Below, one piece after another: positions 42,201 to 50,606 of a stretch of 64,000 bases of DNA (position 1 is its first letter; the number at the start of each line of letters is the position of its first letter). The notes beneath the pieces were generated by a model, which saw only the letters and a list, made by a program, of their open reading frames with translations, did not search any database and had not been told where the DNA came from. A program made the translations under genes and the position numbers. The DNA is taken from IMG/VR virus record IMGVR_UViG_3300025840_000013, one strand, 5' to 3'. This DNA comes from a virus.

Positions 42201-43070
42201 GTACCGTCTGCGTTAGACGATTTGACGGATGTAGATTTAACAACAACATCACCCACAGATGGACAGGCACTTATTTGGGATAGCGCAAACTCTGTTTGGA
42301 AGCCGGGTAATGTTGCTTCTGGCGGTGGAGGTGGAGCTTCCGTTTCTGTATCCGACACCGCACCTTCTTCTCCTTCTGTTGGTGATCTTTGGTTCAATTC
42401 TGCGAACACAAAGATGTATGTGTACTTCAATGATGGAACATCGTCACAGTGGATTCAATCAAACCCATCAGGTGCGACTTCACCAATTATTTCGTCCGAT
42501 ACTGCACCTACAAATCCTGTTGTAAACAGTCTTTGGTTTGACTCATCAGACGATTCATTATATTTCCGTTATGATGATGGTTCATCAGAACAGTGGGTCA
42601 ATCTTATTGGCGCCTCCGGCGGAGGCGCCTCAGTAACAGTATCTGATACTGCACCAACATCACCAAACGCTGGTGATATGTGGTTTGATAGTCAGTATGC
42701 TACTCTTCTTATTTATTACAATGATGGCACTAATTCTCAGTGGGTCAGTGTTTCTGGAGAAAATAATTCAACATCTACACCACAATGGCAAGAACAATCT
42801 GCAGATTATACTGCAAGTGCTGGTGATAAACTGTTTGTTGACTGTAGTTCTAGTGCGGTTACTGTAACACTTCCATCCTCACCATCACAGGGAGATGAAG
42901 TTAGAATAATTGATGCGACAGGTAATGCATCTATAAATAATATAACCATAAATAGGAGTGGAAGCAATATTCAAGGTGCTGCAGATAATCTAATAATAAC
43001 AACGGATAGGGCCGCATTTGGGTTGGTTTATTATAACGCAACTCAAGGTTGGTTACTAATGGAGAGATAA
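33237..43070 (+). CDS. 3277-aa long tail-fibre-like repeat protein
   Basis: Dozens of (S/T)TTDL.EGTNLYYTD.R repeats, two TLDTLNELAAALGDDPNF fibre motifs, three GMFAHVH motifs, seven AP..P..(GD)LWF modules, and a C-terminal TLPSSP..GD domain like the T4 gp34 N-terminal repeats. Confidence 0.8.
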   Translation: MTNAIPIRVVVDGSGDTTGLSEFRTNETVGLDHGGTGATNAADARTNLGLADIAASGSWADLLNKPNTDDIPEGTTNLYFTDERVDDRVAALIVDGVGIQKNYDDAGNLLNIEINFSEFDTDDIIEGSVNTFLANRSTSDIPEGINLYFTDERVDDRVAALFVDGKGIQKAYDDAGNLLNIAIDFSEFDTDDIVEGTVNTFLSNRTTDDINEGTANLYYTDERVDDRVANLFVDGKGLTKNYDDAGNLLNVEIDFSEFDSDDIVEGAVNTFLANRTTDNIPEGSTNLYFTETRSRNSISATGSINYDPATGVISYTQGDTDTIVEGATNLYYTDERVDDRVANLILDGQGITKSYDDAGNLLNIAIDFTEFDSDDIIEGAVNTFLASRTTDNIPEGSTNLYYTEARFDARLATKSTTDLAEGTNLYFTEERVDDRVAALIQAGEDISVVYDDVANTLTIALASSIDGINLSNNTTDDLSEGSTNLYYTDSRVNIAFDTRLATKSTTDLSEGTNLYYTDARVDSNFAAKTTTDLTEGTNLYYTEARFDTRLATKSTTDLTEGTNLYYTDTRVATYLNNNGYTTTSAVAAQIASVSSDLDDEIYDREQADLNLQSQIDNLVLNDLTDVNASSPTSGDALVWNGTSWVPQAPFSQTDFDSAFAAKTTTDLTEGTNLYYTDTRVRSHVEGQDLDLGSNKILFSNVYSALGDLPNASSYHGMFAHVHGTGKAYYAHNGQWVELANDGDLPTSTDDLPEGSTNLYYTDTRVRSAISATTGVAGYVSSTGVFSIPSSTDHISEGTNLYYTDARFDARLATKSTTNLSEGTNLYYTEARFDARLATKSTTDLTEGTNLYYTDARVDANIASKTTDDVAEGSTNLYYTDSRVATYISGNRTYGNITTTGYIAGPSTLTIDPAGVGDNTGKVVIAGDLQVDGTTTTINSTTVEVGDLNIVLGSGATNAAAANGGGITIDLGTDGSASFTYNSTTDEFLSNKDINANITGQVSDISNHTTTDLAEGTNLYYTQSRFDTAFGVKSTTDLTEGTNLYYTQSRFDTAFGVKSTTDLTEGTNLYYTDARVDSNFATKTTTDLTEGTNLYYTQARFDTAFATKDTDDLTEGSTNLYYTDARVNTWATANLANVAFSGSYADLSNTPTDLSDFTDTTGLLDVAAITVGDAAPSNPNDGDLWFDSTELKTFIYYNDGTSSQWVEAAGDGGASVQSSSTAPSSPSDGDLWFNDNNLKLYIYYNDGSSAQWVEASGGIAQDTDAIPEGNNNLYYTDTRFDTRFATKDTDDLIEGSTNLYYTDARVDARITASALGSTDDLPEGSTNLYYTDARVQSVSINEVVEDTTPTLGGNLNSGGFNITNISADGYSLPVADGTNRQVIMTDGSGTLSFENLDTIHTEVTNQTGSTILKGTPVYQTGTSGNAMTIAPADASSSATMPAVGVLEQDLASGATGFVIHMGRISGVDTSAFNEGDIIYVAVGGGYTNTPPVGESNLLQNLGRVTKVHASNGGGVIMGAGRTNAVPNLNSGNIFIGNASNQATTASLNTSVQNYLSNLSGSIVPDTNVTYDLGSNTNRFKDIYLSGSSIYLGTLQLSDNNGALEVTASGSTEAFATETYVDTAVANLVDSSPTTLDTLNELAAALGDDPNFSTTITNLIGTKLATADFNTTADSWLTGKTTTDLTEGTNLYYTDVRVDARIALQTGANLSLANKTTDDLSEGSANLYYTDARVETYLESNATADRIQLRTNNSYFGVGTAAGSAGMAIKNNSGQPFFYGQKYLPANNGQTDLELEANAGGKINVNAFRIYNVGTPTDPSDAATKSYVDSAIATKDQLSELSGTTDDISEGSTNLYYTDARVDARITASNPYDSSDFDANFSGKSTTDLTEGTNLYYTDARVDARITASNPYDSSDFDANFSGKSTTDLTEGTNLYYTDARADARVANANIGVLNDVNTTGIATGDFLLYDGNEFLPVDFATEVNTYADTRINTASIQDLSDVDAVDTPASGDVLLYDAGNSNFGFINLGNEINSYFDTRFATKDTDDLTEGTTNLYYTDARVASYLSGTGYATTSYVAAQIASISSDLDDEVYDREQADLNLQSQIDSLTTNIGTLVLDDLSDVDTTTTAPTNGQTLIFNGTTFVPGTISGYTSTDFDTDFGTKSTTDLSEGTNLYYTDARVRTHIQGADLDMGSNKILFSNVYANTGDLPSASSYHGMFAHVHGTGKAYYAHNGQWVELANVSELPTNTDDVSEGSTNLYYTDARFDARLATKSTTDVVEGTNLYYTDARVDARITASNPYDSSDFDTDFGTKSTTDLSEGTNLYYTDARVQSYLTAQGIAAETLTSLGIAGNVLTYTDEDGNTTNIDLSLYLDDTNLARLVSGTLNGTTGIATFTRDDATTFTIDFSPLFDDTNLSRINSATFTNGTLTLTRDDASTAATISLDGRYLQDLSGLTTDNLSEGSTNLYYTQTRFNSAFAGKTTTDLTEGTNLYYTDTRFDTRLATKSTTDLTEGTNLYYTDARVDARIAAANIVSGSSIDDLSDVDTSTTTPTDGQALVWDNTNSKWVPGASAGSSIDVSDIAPSSPSDGDLWFDSSELKTYIYYNDGTSSQWVEAAGNVASNVHLSDAAPSSPSEGDLWFNSSNLRLYVYYNDGNSSQWIEASGSVNSTGQTSLDDLTDVDITTTAPTNGQTLIFNGTNFVPGTISGYATSDFNTDFATKDTDDLTEGSVNLYYTDTRVQTKLGNVSGHIIPDTDVTYDLGSSTHKFRDLYLSGNSITLGGIVLTEHSGALQVHTTGGGSAQPFATVSYVDTELANLVSSAPTTLDTLNELAAALGDDPNFATTITNLIGTKLAITDFNTTADSWLTTKSTTDLSEGTNLYYTDARVRSHVEGQDLDLGTNKVLFSNMYATIGDLPSAASYHGMFAHVHATGKAYYAHGGSWIELANVSEVFDGTWASLTGTPTTIAGYGITDAFDGDYNSLTNKPSVPSALDDLTDVDLTTTSPTDGQALIWDSANSVWKPGNVASGGGGGASVSVSDTAPSSPSVGDLWFNSANTKMYVYFNDGTSSQWIQSNPSGATSPIISSDTAPTNPVVNSLWFDSSDDSLYFRYDDGSSEQWVNLIGASGGGASVTVSDTAPTSPNAGDMWFDSQYATLLIYYNDGTNSQWVSVSGENNSTSTPQWQEQSADYTASAGDKLFVDCSSSAVTVTLPSSPSQGDEVRIIDATGNASINNITINRSGSNIQGAADNLIITTDRAAFGLVYYNATQGWLLMER

Positions 43071-43073
43071 TAA

Positions 43074-44753
43074 ATGGCTGTAAATTTTCCAGATAGTCCC
43101 TCAAATGGTGACAACTTTACCGCAAATGGAATTGTGTATATTTACAATTCTACAAAAGGTGTGTGGGCAAAACAATCTACAACCGCACCACCAGTCGTTA
43201 ATGGACATGTTTTACCAAATGCAAATGAAGTTTATGATTTAGGAAGTACAACACAAAGATTCCGTGATATTTATTTGAGTGGTAATACTATCTATTTGGG
43301 CGATACTGCCTTGTCTGTGGATGAAAATGGAGTTTTAGGGTTGCCGGCTGGAACTGTTATTGACGGCACGACAATTCCAAGTGCAGTAGAAGAATTATCT
43401 GACATCGATGTAACAATATCAGATGAAATATTTACATTAAATGTAGATGCACCAGATGCAGGCCATGGTATGCATTGGAAGTGGACTTGGGAAGCTGGAT
43501 CGGTTGCATATAGTAGACTTAAGATAACTAATTTAATTCAATCAAATGTTCCATTATATAATCAGGGAACTTATACAATCAATAACTTTGCAGCACATGA
43601 ACTTCATGGTTCGATGACTCAAACTCATAAAATTTATCTTAAGTGGATTGAGGGCGCCGGTATAGATAATCTAGTTTCATGGGCAACAATTACAGACAGT
43701 GTGACAGGAGTTACCAATCCAAACATAAATGGTGGAAATGCAACAGAAGTACAAAGAATTGTCATAAATGTTCCATCTACAATCACACCACCAACTTTAA
43801 ATGCACCAAGTGTGTCATATGATGTATCTTTTGTATCATCGGGTGCGTATACCTTTGCTGGTAGTTCTTCGGGCGATAATCCAGATATTGGCCCATTCTA
43901 TCGTGGTGGTACATATACTTTTAATTTAGACGCATCACTTTCTGGACATCCATTTTATTTAACCACAGACGATGGTACTAATTATTCTGCAGGAAATTAT
44001 GTCGATGAATACACTTCTGGCGTAACAGGTTCGAGAAATGAAAGTGGAACTTTGGTATTTACCGTTCCAAATGATGCACCAGATACATTATATTATCAAT
44101 GCGGAAATCACAATCCTATGAGGGGTATGATTACAATTAAAGATTTAGCAGTAGAAACAAATGTAGATGGTAATTATGTTGTATATTTCCAACACGACCA
44201 AGATGGACATTCAACACCAGCAGAGATACGCCCAAAACGAACACTCGCAGATATTGATAATGTATGTTTAGTTTATGATGGCCCTTCTGGAAAATTTAAA
44301 GTGCAGGACATGGGAGAATATCTAGATTCTACTTCTCAATTTCAGTCAAAGATTGCAAATTTAGTAAATACAGAAACTGCAGACAAACCAACAACCACAC
44401 AAGTAACAGACAAGATTAAAGATGAAACTGTATTTAATATTAACATGCATCAAGGTGGAGATTTACAAGTAATCACTGGCACAAAAAGGTGGTATGCTCC
44501 ATTTGATTTACAGATAGTAGGTATTTCAGCAAATCTTGGAACCGCTGCAGATAATATCGTAGGAATTGATGTAAAGAATAACGGAGTTTCTGCAAAAACT
44601 GTTTCATTTTCTCCAAATACCACAACAACAAATATTGTTGCCCCATTTTTTACAATGAATGCTGGGGATTATTTAACAGTTGATATTACGAGTATTGGAA
44701 CTAACTCCGTTGGCCAAGACCTCTATCTGCAGTTTACATATAAAAAAGTATAA
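43074..44753 (+). CDS. Cassette 1 gene A: fibre-associated protein with a cupredoxin-like domain
   Basis: MAVNFPDSP N-terminus, YDLGS...RFRDIYLSG, SGHPFYL...YYQCGNHNPMRGM; paralog of 50607. Confidence 0.65.
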   Translation: MAVNFPDSPSNGDNFTANGIVYIYNSTKGVWAKQSTTAPPVVNGHVLPNANEVYDLGSTTQRFRDIYLSGNTIYLGDTALSVDENGVLGLPAGTVIDGTTIPSAVEELSDIDVTISDEIFTLNVDAPDAGHGMHWKWTWEAGSVAYSRLKITNLIQSNVPLYNQGTYTINNFAAHELHGSMTQTHKIYLKWIEGAGIDNLVSWATITDSVTGVTNPNINGGNATEVQRIVINVPSTITPPTLNAPSVSYDVSFVSSGAYTFAGSSSGDNPDIGPFYRGGTYTFNLDASLSGHPFYLTTDDGTNYSAGNYVDEYTSGVTGSRNESGTLVFTVPNDAPDTLYYQCGNHNPMRGMITIKDLAVETNVDGNYVVYFQHDQDGHSTPAEIRPKRTLADIDNVCLVYDGPSGKFKVQDMGEYLDSTSQFQSKIANLVNTETADKPTTTQVTDKIKDETVFNINMHQGGDLQVITGTKRWYAPFDLQIVGISANLGTAADNIVGIDVKNNGVSAKTVSFSPNTTTTNIVAPFFTMNAGDYLTVDITSIGTNSVGQDLYLQFTYKKV

Positions 44754-44756
44754 ATA
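44749..44756 (+). promoter_or_regulatory. T4-type late promoter
   Basis: TATAAATA overlapping the gene A stop codon, with an AGGAG SD before 44784. Confidence 0.7.
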
Positions 44757-44783
44757 GAAGTAAAAACATAATAGGAGATAACA

Positions 44784-45011
44784 ATGGACTTTACAATTGA
44801 TAAAGTTACCACTGATGAGGACGGTAACGAAATCACAGTAACAGAAAACTACACAGCAAACCTTGATGGACAAAATGCAAGTGTTTCAAAAGTAGTAGAT
44901 GGTGAGGCCATCAAAATTGCAGACCAACCATGGAATCCACTTGGTGACGGTTCAAGAGCATCTTGGGCGTCAGTTGACGAAGTTGTGACTTGGTTTAAAG
45001 AAAACTTTTAA
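44784..45011 (+). CDS. Cassette 1 gene B: small acidic protein (possible chaperone/adaptor)
   Basis: Strong SD; QPW....DGSR..W...DE.V.WFK shared with 52734. Confidence 0.7.
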   Translation: MDFTIDKVTTDEDGNEITVTENYTANLDGQNASVSKVVDGEAIKIADQPWNPLGDGSRASWASVDEVVTWFKENF

Positions 45012-45023
45012 GGAGCGGAGAAA

Positions 45024-46838
45024 ATGGCAGAGATTAAACAGGCAAGTAAAAGAAATGTGTGTTCAGTGTTAGAAGACATTAATCCAAACACAAACACCAT
45101 TTATTTAGAATCAGAAGGACATAATAAATCAACCCTTGCTCCTATCTTCAATGGTTCTATGTATATGTACACGGGCCAAGCAAAAGATTCTTTGTGGGGT
45201 CAAAACATTTATAGAAACGATGATAATGCCCACTCACAACGAAGTGGTGATGGTGCATCGACAATGGCGCTTGGTAAAGAAGTTGCGTATTGTAATCAAG
45301 AAGACAACACAGTAGGAAACCATAGAGTAACGAATATTCCATTTTTACAATATTTAAGTATGGAAGAGTCTAGAAGAGGAACTGGTATGCAGAGAATTAC
45401 TGCAGACGATGGTACAGACCTCTATGTTTGGCAAAACCGTCCGATGTTTTATAATTGGTATCGTCAAATTTCTTGGTTAAATCCAACAAGAGAATTATAT
45501 GAAGCATCGCCATCTACTTCTTGGGGATATGACGGGCAGGGTTCGTCTAGTGAAATTATGGTGCCAACAATGGCAACTGAAGAAGAAGTAGGTACAAAAT
45601 GGGTTTCTAATATCTGCCAACAGGTTAGACACGATTCTTATGTTGCAAGGCCTCACATGGGATTGGGAAGAAACTATATGCTAGACTATAGTGATACTAA
45701 TGATAATTGGAATACTACCATGAGAGCTCCGTATAGTGTTCAATATATCGGTATGTCTACTGTAGATGGTAAACCAATTTACTTGTATAATAATCAAGAC
45801 AACGATCACGATCAGTATATCACAAAACACAATGTGAGTGCGAATACAACTACTGATTTGCATAGATTTAATACTGCCCCAACAGCTGCAGGAACTAACT
45901 ATGGTGGTACAAGAGCAACAACAACAATTGGCAGACATGTAAAATGGGCATCCCACACATTTGATGACCCAACAAGCGCTGGAAACAAGTGTTTTTATGT
46001 TCCATATCTTGATGCAAACTTAAATTATCATCCATTCTGGTATCAGTGGGATAAATCTACAGATACATTCACCAACAATTCTGATATTACAATTACTGGT
46101 GATGTAAGTTCTACTCACTTTAATAACCACACAGGCGGACAAGGTGATAATAGTGATATGAGTGCGTATTTCTATAATGAAACTTTTGTTTCTTCTGGAA
46201 ATAGATATCTATCACTTTTCCCAATTCACGGTTTCTATCAATGTCACGATAATACACCAACTGCAAGAACTGTTGTAACATATCAAGTGGATGCGGCAGA
46301 TCCAAAACAATTGACGCATCACTCTACAGTAACAATTCCAGCAACACCAAGAAATATGGTATTCTTGAATGATTCTAGAACAATGTTTGGTGTGATTGGT
46401 GAGAATGCAATTTATATCTTTAACTGGAATAATGTTGATGGATGGGTTTTGACTACAACATATGCTGGTAAATTCACATCACTGGGTAGAGATACAACCG
46501 ATAGAATTTGGGCAACTGAAGTTGGTGCATTCAACAGTTATGCATCAATGCACATCATTACTCCTTCTATTCCAGTTAAAATTAGTATTACCCCTGCTGC
46601 AACCAACTATAATTACGCAGGAAGTGATATTAACACAACCGTTTCAATAAGTGCATATAATGCATCTGGAGATAGAATTGCAGTTGATGTTGCATTAACA
46701 ATTGATGGTTCTACTATGAACTTTGGTGGTGGTTCAACATCTACAACAGTAACAACATCTACAACTGCAGATGTATCTCAGGCAGTAGTAATTACTGGTG
46801 CAGGGTTGAGTGATATTGTAGCAAGTGTTTCGATTTAA
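45024..46838 (+). CDS. Cassette 1 gene C: putative beta-propeller plus C-terminal Ig-like protein
   Basis: RNM.FLNDSRTM, GRD..DRIW and a terminal beta-rich ~90 aa are shared with 52995; the N-terminal half is divergent. Confidence 0.55.
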   Translation: MAEIKQASKRNVCSVLEDINPNTNTIYLESEGHNKSTLAPIFNGSMYMYTGQAKDSLWGQNIYRNDDNAHSQRSGDGASTMALGKEVAYCNQEDNTVGNHRVTNIPFLQYLSMEESRRGTGMQRITADDGTDLYVWQNRPMFYNWYRQISWLNPTRELYEASPSTSWGYDGQGSSSEIMVPTMATEEEVGTKWVSNICQQVRHDSYVARPHMGLGRNYMLDYSDTNDNWNTTMRAPYSVQYIGMSTVDGKPIYLYNNQDNDHDQYITKHNVSANTTTDLHRFNTAPTAAGTNYGGTRATTTIGRHVKWASHTFDDPTSAGNKCFYVPYLDANLNYHPFWYQWDKSTDTFTNNSDITITGDVSSTHFNNHTGGQGDNSDMSAYFYNETFVSSGNRYLSLFPIHGFYQCHDNTPTARTVVTYQVDAADPKQLTHHSTVTIPATPRNMVFLNDSRTMFGVIGENAIYIFNWNNVDGWVLTTTYAGKFTSLGRDTTDRIWATEVGAFNSYASMHIITPSIPVKISITPAATNYNYAGSDINTTVSISAYNASGDRIAVDVALTIDGSTMNFGGGSTSTTVTTSTTADVSQAVVITGAGLSDIVASVSI

Positions 46839-46854
46839 CTACTAAGGTGAACCA

Positions 46855-48039
46855 ATGGGTGCAATTAGTATTAGGTCACAAGGTGGAGACACACAAGGTA
46901 TCGGAGTACATTTTGGTAAATTCAACCTAAATGTCTCTGATACTAGTGATACATGGTCTTCCTTGCCAACAGACAAATATGTAGGTGACCCAGAAAATCA
47001 ATCGATAACAACTATCAATGTTTCAAGAAGTAATCCAAATTATTCGGTTGTTCTTGAAACATTACCTTTATTGGTAGAAACTGATTCCGCACCCTTTGAA
47101 ACACCAAACACACATACCTTTGGACTTGGATATTACACAATTAATTCTACTGGTGGAGATCAACAAGTTTCGTCAACTGATACTTTAAGTGTTGCAAACT
47201 GTGGAATTACATTGTCTTCAAGTTGGGCTCAACCACTTGGAATTGCCGTGAATGGATTGCAGTTAAAAATACCAGTAAATAACTGGACTACATATAATAA
47301 TTTACAGAATACTCAATCAAATATTGGAGTTGATTTGCAAGGACTTGTGACAACCCAAGAAATTAATACGAGTGACGCAATTGATATTACCTTTGCATTT
47401 ACAACAACTGTTTATATGATAAGGCAGACAAACTGGAACGCAGTTGATACAACTGGTTGGACAAGTATTGGAAATGCTGGAAATATTTTACAAGACAGTT
47501 CATCAGATGAGGTTGTTTACGAAAGAACTTTTACAGCAGGAACATATACATTCGATAACAATTCTGCAATGTATATGTTTGATCCAGATAGAACAACGAC
47601 AGTTCCAACGGCAGGATTGATGGTGGAAGAATATGAGGAGTCTACCACATTCAATCACAGTTTAAACATTAAAATTGGAGATATAATCTCTACTAATGTT
47701 ATAACTACATCAAAACAAATTTTACCAAATACTTTACCAGCAGAAAGATTGACACTAAAGACTGTAGATGAACAAGATCGCTTTGTTTATTTTGATGAAA
47801 TAAGTATCACATCAAGAAAAGATCTTATTTCTAACTTACCAGACGATGGATTCTTTAATACAGAAAAAAGAATTTCAGTAGGAAGTTTCAGTAATTTAAC
47901 TCCCTACGATTTAAATGAATTAAATAAGTTACAATCTGGAACTAGAAGTCACACTAGTGCAAGAATTATTGACAGTACTGGAGCCGAAGGTGAAGGTGGC
48001 GGTGGTGGAACAGTCACAGAAATTCAAACATGGTACTAA
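46855..48039 (+). CDS. Cassette 1 gene D: hypothetical structural protein
   Basis: 394-aa ORF ending RII...GGGG..IQTWY, like 54834 (RIV...GG..IQSWSS). Confidence 0.6.
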   Translation: MGAISIRSQGGDTQGIGVHFGKFNLNVSDTSDTWSSLPTDKYVGDPENQSITTINVSRSNPNYSVVLETLPLLVETDSAPFETPNTHTFGLGYYTINSTGGDQQVSSTDTLSVANCGITLSSSWAQPLGIAVNGLQLKIPVNNWTTYNNLQNTQSNIGVDLQGLVTTQEINTSDAIDITFAFTTTVYMIRQTNWNAVDTTGWTSIGNAGNILQDSSSDEVVYERTFTAGTYTFDNNSAMYMFDPDRTTTVPTAGLMVEEYEESTTFNHSLNIKIGDIISTNVITTSKQILPNTLPAERLTLKTVDEQDRFVYFDEISITSRKDLISNLPDDGFFNTEKRISVGSFSNLTPYDLNELNKLQSGTRSHTSARIIDSTGAEGEGGGGGTVTEIQTWY

Positions 48040-48050
48040 GGAGATGATAA

Positions 48051-48128
48051 ATGGCTATCAACTTTCCTACATCTCCCTCTGACGGTGATATTCATGTTGT
48101 AGGTTCTAAAACATGGACGGATCGTTAA
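48051..48128 (+). pseudogene. 25-codon remnant/mini-ORF MAINFPTSPSDGDIHVVGSKTWTDR*
   Basis: AAGGAG SD at 48038-48043; matches the MAxNFPxxP N-terminal module of neighbouring genes; its TAA directly abuts the in-frame ATG at 48129. Confidence 0.7.
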
Positions 48129-50570
48129 ATGACGAATTACTCAAGTATAAGATATGCAAGCAGTGGTAGCAGTGGTACAACTGTCTATACAGATATGAAT
48201 GCATTGATTGCAGCAACAGGAACTGACGGGGCTCAGGCGTTTGTACAATCAAATAACAACATCTATGTGTATGCTGGAACTGGTTGGTATAAGATTGCTA
48301 CAGTACAAAACGATTCTCCAAGTGCAATCACTGGAGTGAATGGAACTTATTCACTCGTTGTAGATGGAACACCTACAGTTATTACTGCTGTTTCGACAGA
48401 CCCAGAAGGATTCCCTTTGACATGGAGTTATTCTACGAGTGGGTTGGGCTCTATTGCTACAGTGAGTCAATCAGATAATGTATTTACTATTACACCTAGC
48501 ACTACAGAAGCAGACGCTGGTACATTTACTTTAACCATAAACGCAACTGATGGTGTGAATGGAGTGGTGAGTACAAATACATCTATAACTCTGCAATTTC
48601 AGATTTTAAATAGTAATTACACAACTTTATTAGCAACAGCGGTAGATACATCAGATAATAGTAGTTTTACAGATTCTTCAACAAATGCATTAACACTTTC
48701 GCCTATAAATGCACCTACATCAAGTTCATTTAGTCCTTATCGCAGCGGGGGTTATAGCACTTATTTTGATGGAAGTGGGGATTATATTACAGCCCCTTCC
48801 AATACAAGTTTCGACTTTGGTACTGGTGATTTCACAATTGAAACGTGGATTAATATTCCAGATGTAAACAGTACTTGGTTAGCGTTTATAAGTAGAGGTT
48901 ACGCTCAAAATGGTGGATGGAGATTATATAAAAATAATGGCAACAACAATTTAAGATTTTATTACACTGATGGTGGCACAACGTCTTACATACAAGCAAC
49001 TACTACTGGGCTTACGAATAATACATGGCATCATATAACTGTTGTAAGAAATAGTTCTACTACGAAAATATATGTGGACGGAGTTGAAAAAGTATCTGGT
49101 ACTATCTCAACATCTCTTAATCCAGGCTCATACGCTGTTGAAGTGGGCGCCGGAGTTGTTACATCTTCGTTTCCAATTACGGGCTATATGACAGATGTGC
49201 GTATAGTAAAAGGTACAGCCGTCTACACTTCCACTTTTACTCCACCAACAAAACGCTTAACAGCAATCACCAATACTAGCCTACTCACTTGTCACCTACC
49301 TTACATAGCAGATGGATCGACTAACGATCATTCAATCACAGTAAACGGCAACACTTCAACAAAACCATTTAGTCCATATGATTATGAAGAATACTCTGCA
49401 GCAGATCACGGTGGTTCAATTTATTTTGCTACCAGTGGTTCTACTGCAACAAGTGGTGGATCGGGACAATATGTTCAAAGTGCATTAGCCTCTGAACTAA
49501 CACTTGATACTAACGATTTTACTATAGATTGTTGGGTATATGGTATTAGTAAAGCCCGTAATTATCCAAGAGTATTACAAATTGGCCCACAGAACACTCC
49601 GTGGGGATCAAGTCAATTGTCGATATTATACAAACACAATGATGATAATGATTCTATATGTTTAGCAATGCAAGGCATTGGGGGTAATGCAATGTTAATT
49701 GCCAGTGGCCCAATATATGATAATGTGTGGTATCATGTGGCTGTTACTAGATCAGGAAGTACATTTACTATGTATATCAATGGTGAATCTGTTGGAATAT
49801 ACACAAGTACAGGAAGCGCAACAGGAACAGGGGATAAAGCAATTTTAATTGGCAGTAGTAGCGCTGGTGATAGTGACTTTAATGGGTACATTTCTGATTT
49901 GCGTGTTTTTAATGGTACAGTTGTATATACAGGAAACTTTACACCACCAACGGAACCAGTTAGTTCTTCGGCCGCAGCGGTTCATGTAATTGGAACAGAC
50001 GCTTCCATCATAGATAAGTCTCAAAACGCTAACCTAAAGCTTGTTGGAAACACTACTGGCTCAACTACTCAAGTTAAGTTTGCTGATTCTAAGTCAATGT
50101 ATTTTGATGGTAACGGGGATTATGTTGTAGTTAACCATGAAGCATTAGGAACTGGAAACTGGACAATTGAAGGTTGGGTATATTTTATTAGTACATCAAC
50201 TTCATATGTTTTTGATTTTAGAGCTAGTACTAATACAAATCCGGCTTTAGCTATTCAAGATGGGGATTGGAGATATATCACCGATACCAACTATAGAATA
50301 TATAGTGGAGTTAATCCATCAACTAATACTTGGTATCACTTTGCTATAGTAAAAAATAACGGAACAACTACTCTTTATGTCAATGGCTCGTCAATTGGAA
50401 CATATGCCGATTCACTCAATTATGTCGGAAATTCGGCTGGGAGCATAGGAAAATATCATAATAGTAATTCTAACTTTCTCTATGGTTATCTACAAGACTT
50501 CCGCATCTCCAAAGGTCTCGCAAGATACACCGCAAACTTTACACCGCCTACAGAATCACTAAAAGGCTAA
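48129..50570 (+). CDS. Cassette 1 gene F: Ig/cadherin-like plus three LamG/ConA-like domains (receptor-binding candidate)
   Basis: DPEGFPLTWSY; three FDG.GDY...F.GDFT.E.W...W.H.A..R...RI..G-type units; paralog of 58128. Confidence 0.8.
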   Translation: MTNYSSIRYASSGSSGTTVYTDMNALIAATGTDGAQAFVQSNNNIYVYAGTGWYKIATVQNDSPSAITGVNGTYSLVVDGTPTVITAVSTDPEGFPLTWSYSTSGLGSIATVSQSDNVFTITPSTTEADAGTFTLTINATDGVNGVVSTNTSITLQFQILNSNYTTLLATAVDTSDNSSFTDSSTNALTLSPINAPTSSSFSPYRSGGYSTYFDGSGDYITAPSNTSFDFGTGDFTIETWINIPDVNSTWLAFISRGYAQNGGWRLYKNNGNNNLRFYYTDGGTTSYIQATTTGLTNNTWHHITVVRNSSTTKIYVDGVEKVSGTISTSLNPGSYAVEVGAGVVTSSFPITGYMTDVRIVKGTAVYTSTFTPPTKRLTAITNTSLLTCHLPYIADGSTNDHSITVNGNTSTKPFSPYDYEEYSAADHGGSIYFATSGSTATSGGSGQYVQSALASELTLDTNDFTIDCWVYGISKARNYPRVLQIGPQNTPWGSSQLSILYKHNDDNDSICLAMQGIGGNAMLIASGPIYDNVWYHVAVTRSGSTFTMYINGESVGIYTSTGSATGTGDKAILIGSSSAGDSDFNGYISDLRVFNGTVVYTGNFTPPTEPVSSSAAAVHVIGTDASIIDKSQNANLKLVGNTTGSTTQVKFADSKSMYFDGNGDYVVVNHEALGTGNWTIEGWVYFISTSTSYVFDFRASTNTNPALAIQDGDWRYITDTNYRIYSGVNPSTNTWYHFAIVKNNGTTTLYVNGSSIGTYADSLNYVGNSAGSIGKYHNSNSNFLYGYLQDFRISKGLARYTANFTPPTESLKG

Positions 50571-50578
50571 TAACGGAT

Positions 50579-50586
50579 TATAAATA
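50579..50586 (+). promoter_or_regulatory. T4-type late promoter
   Basis: TATAAATA before a GAGG SD and the ATG at 50607. Confidence 0.8.
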
Positions 50587-50606
50587 GTTCATAAAAGAGG
50601 AACAAG

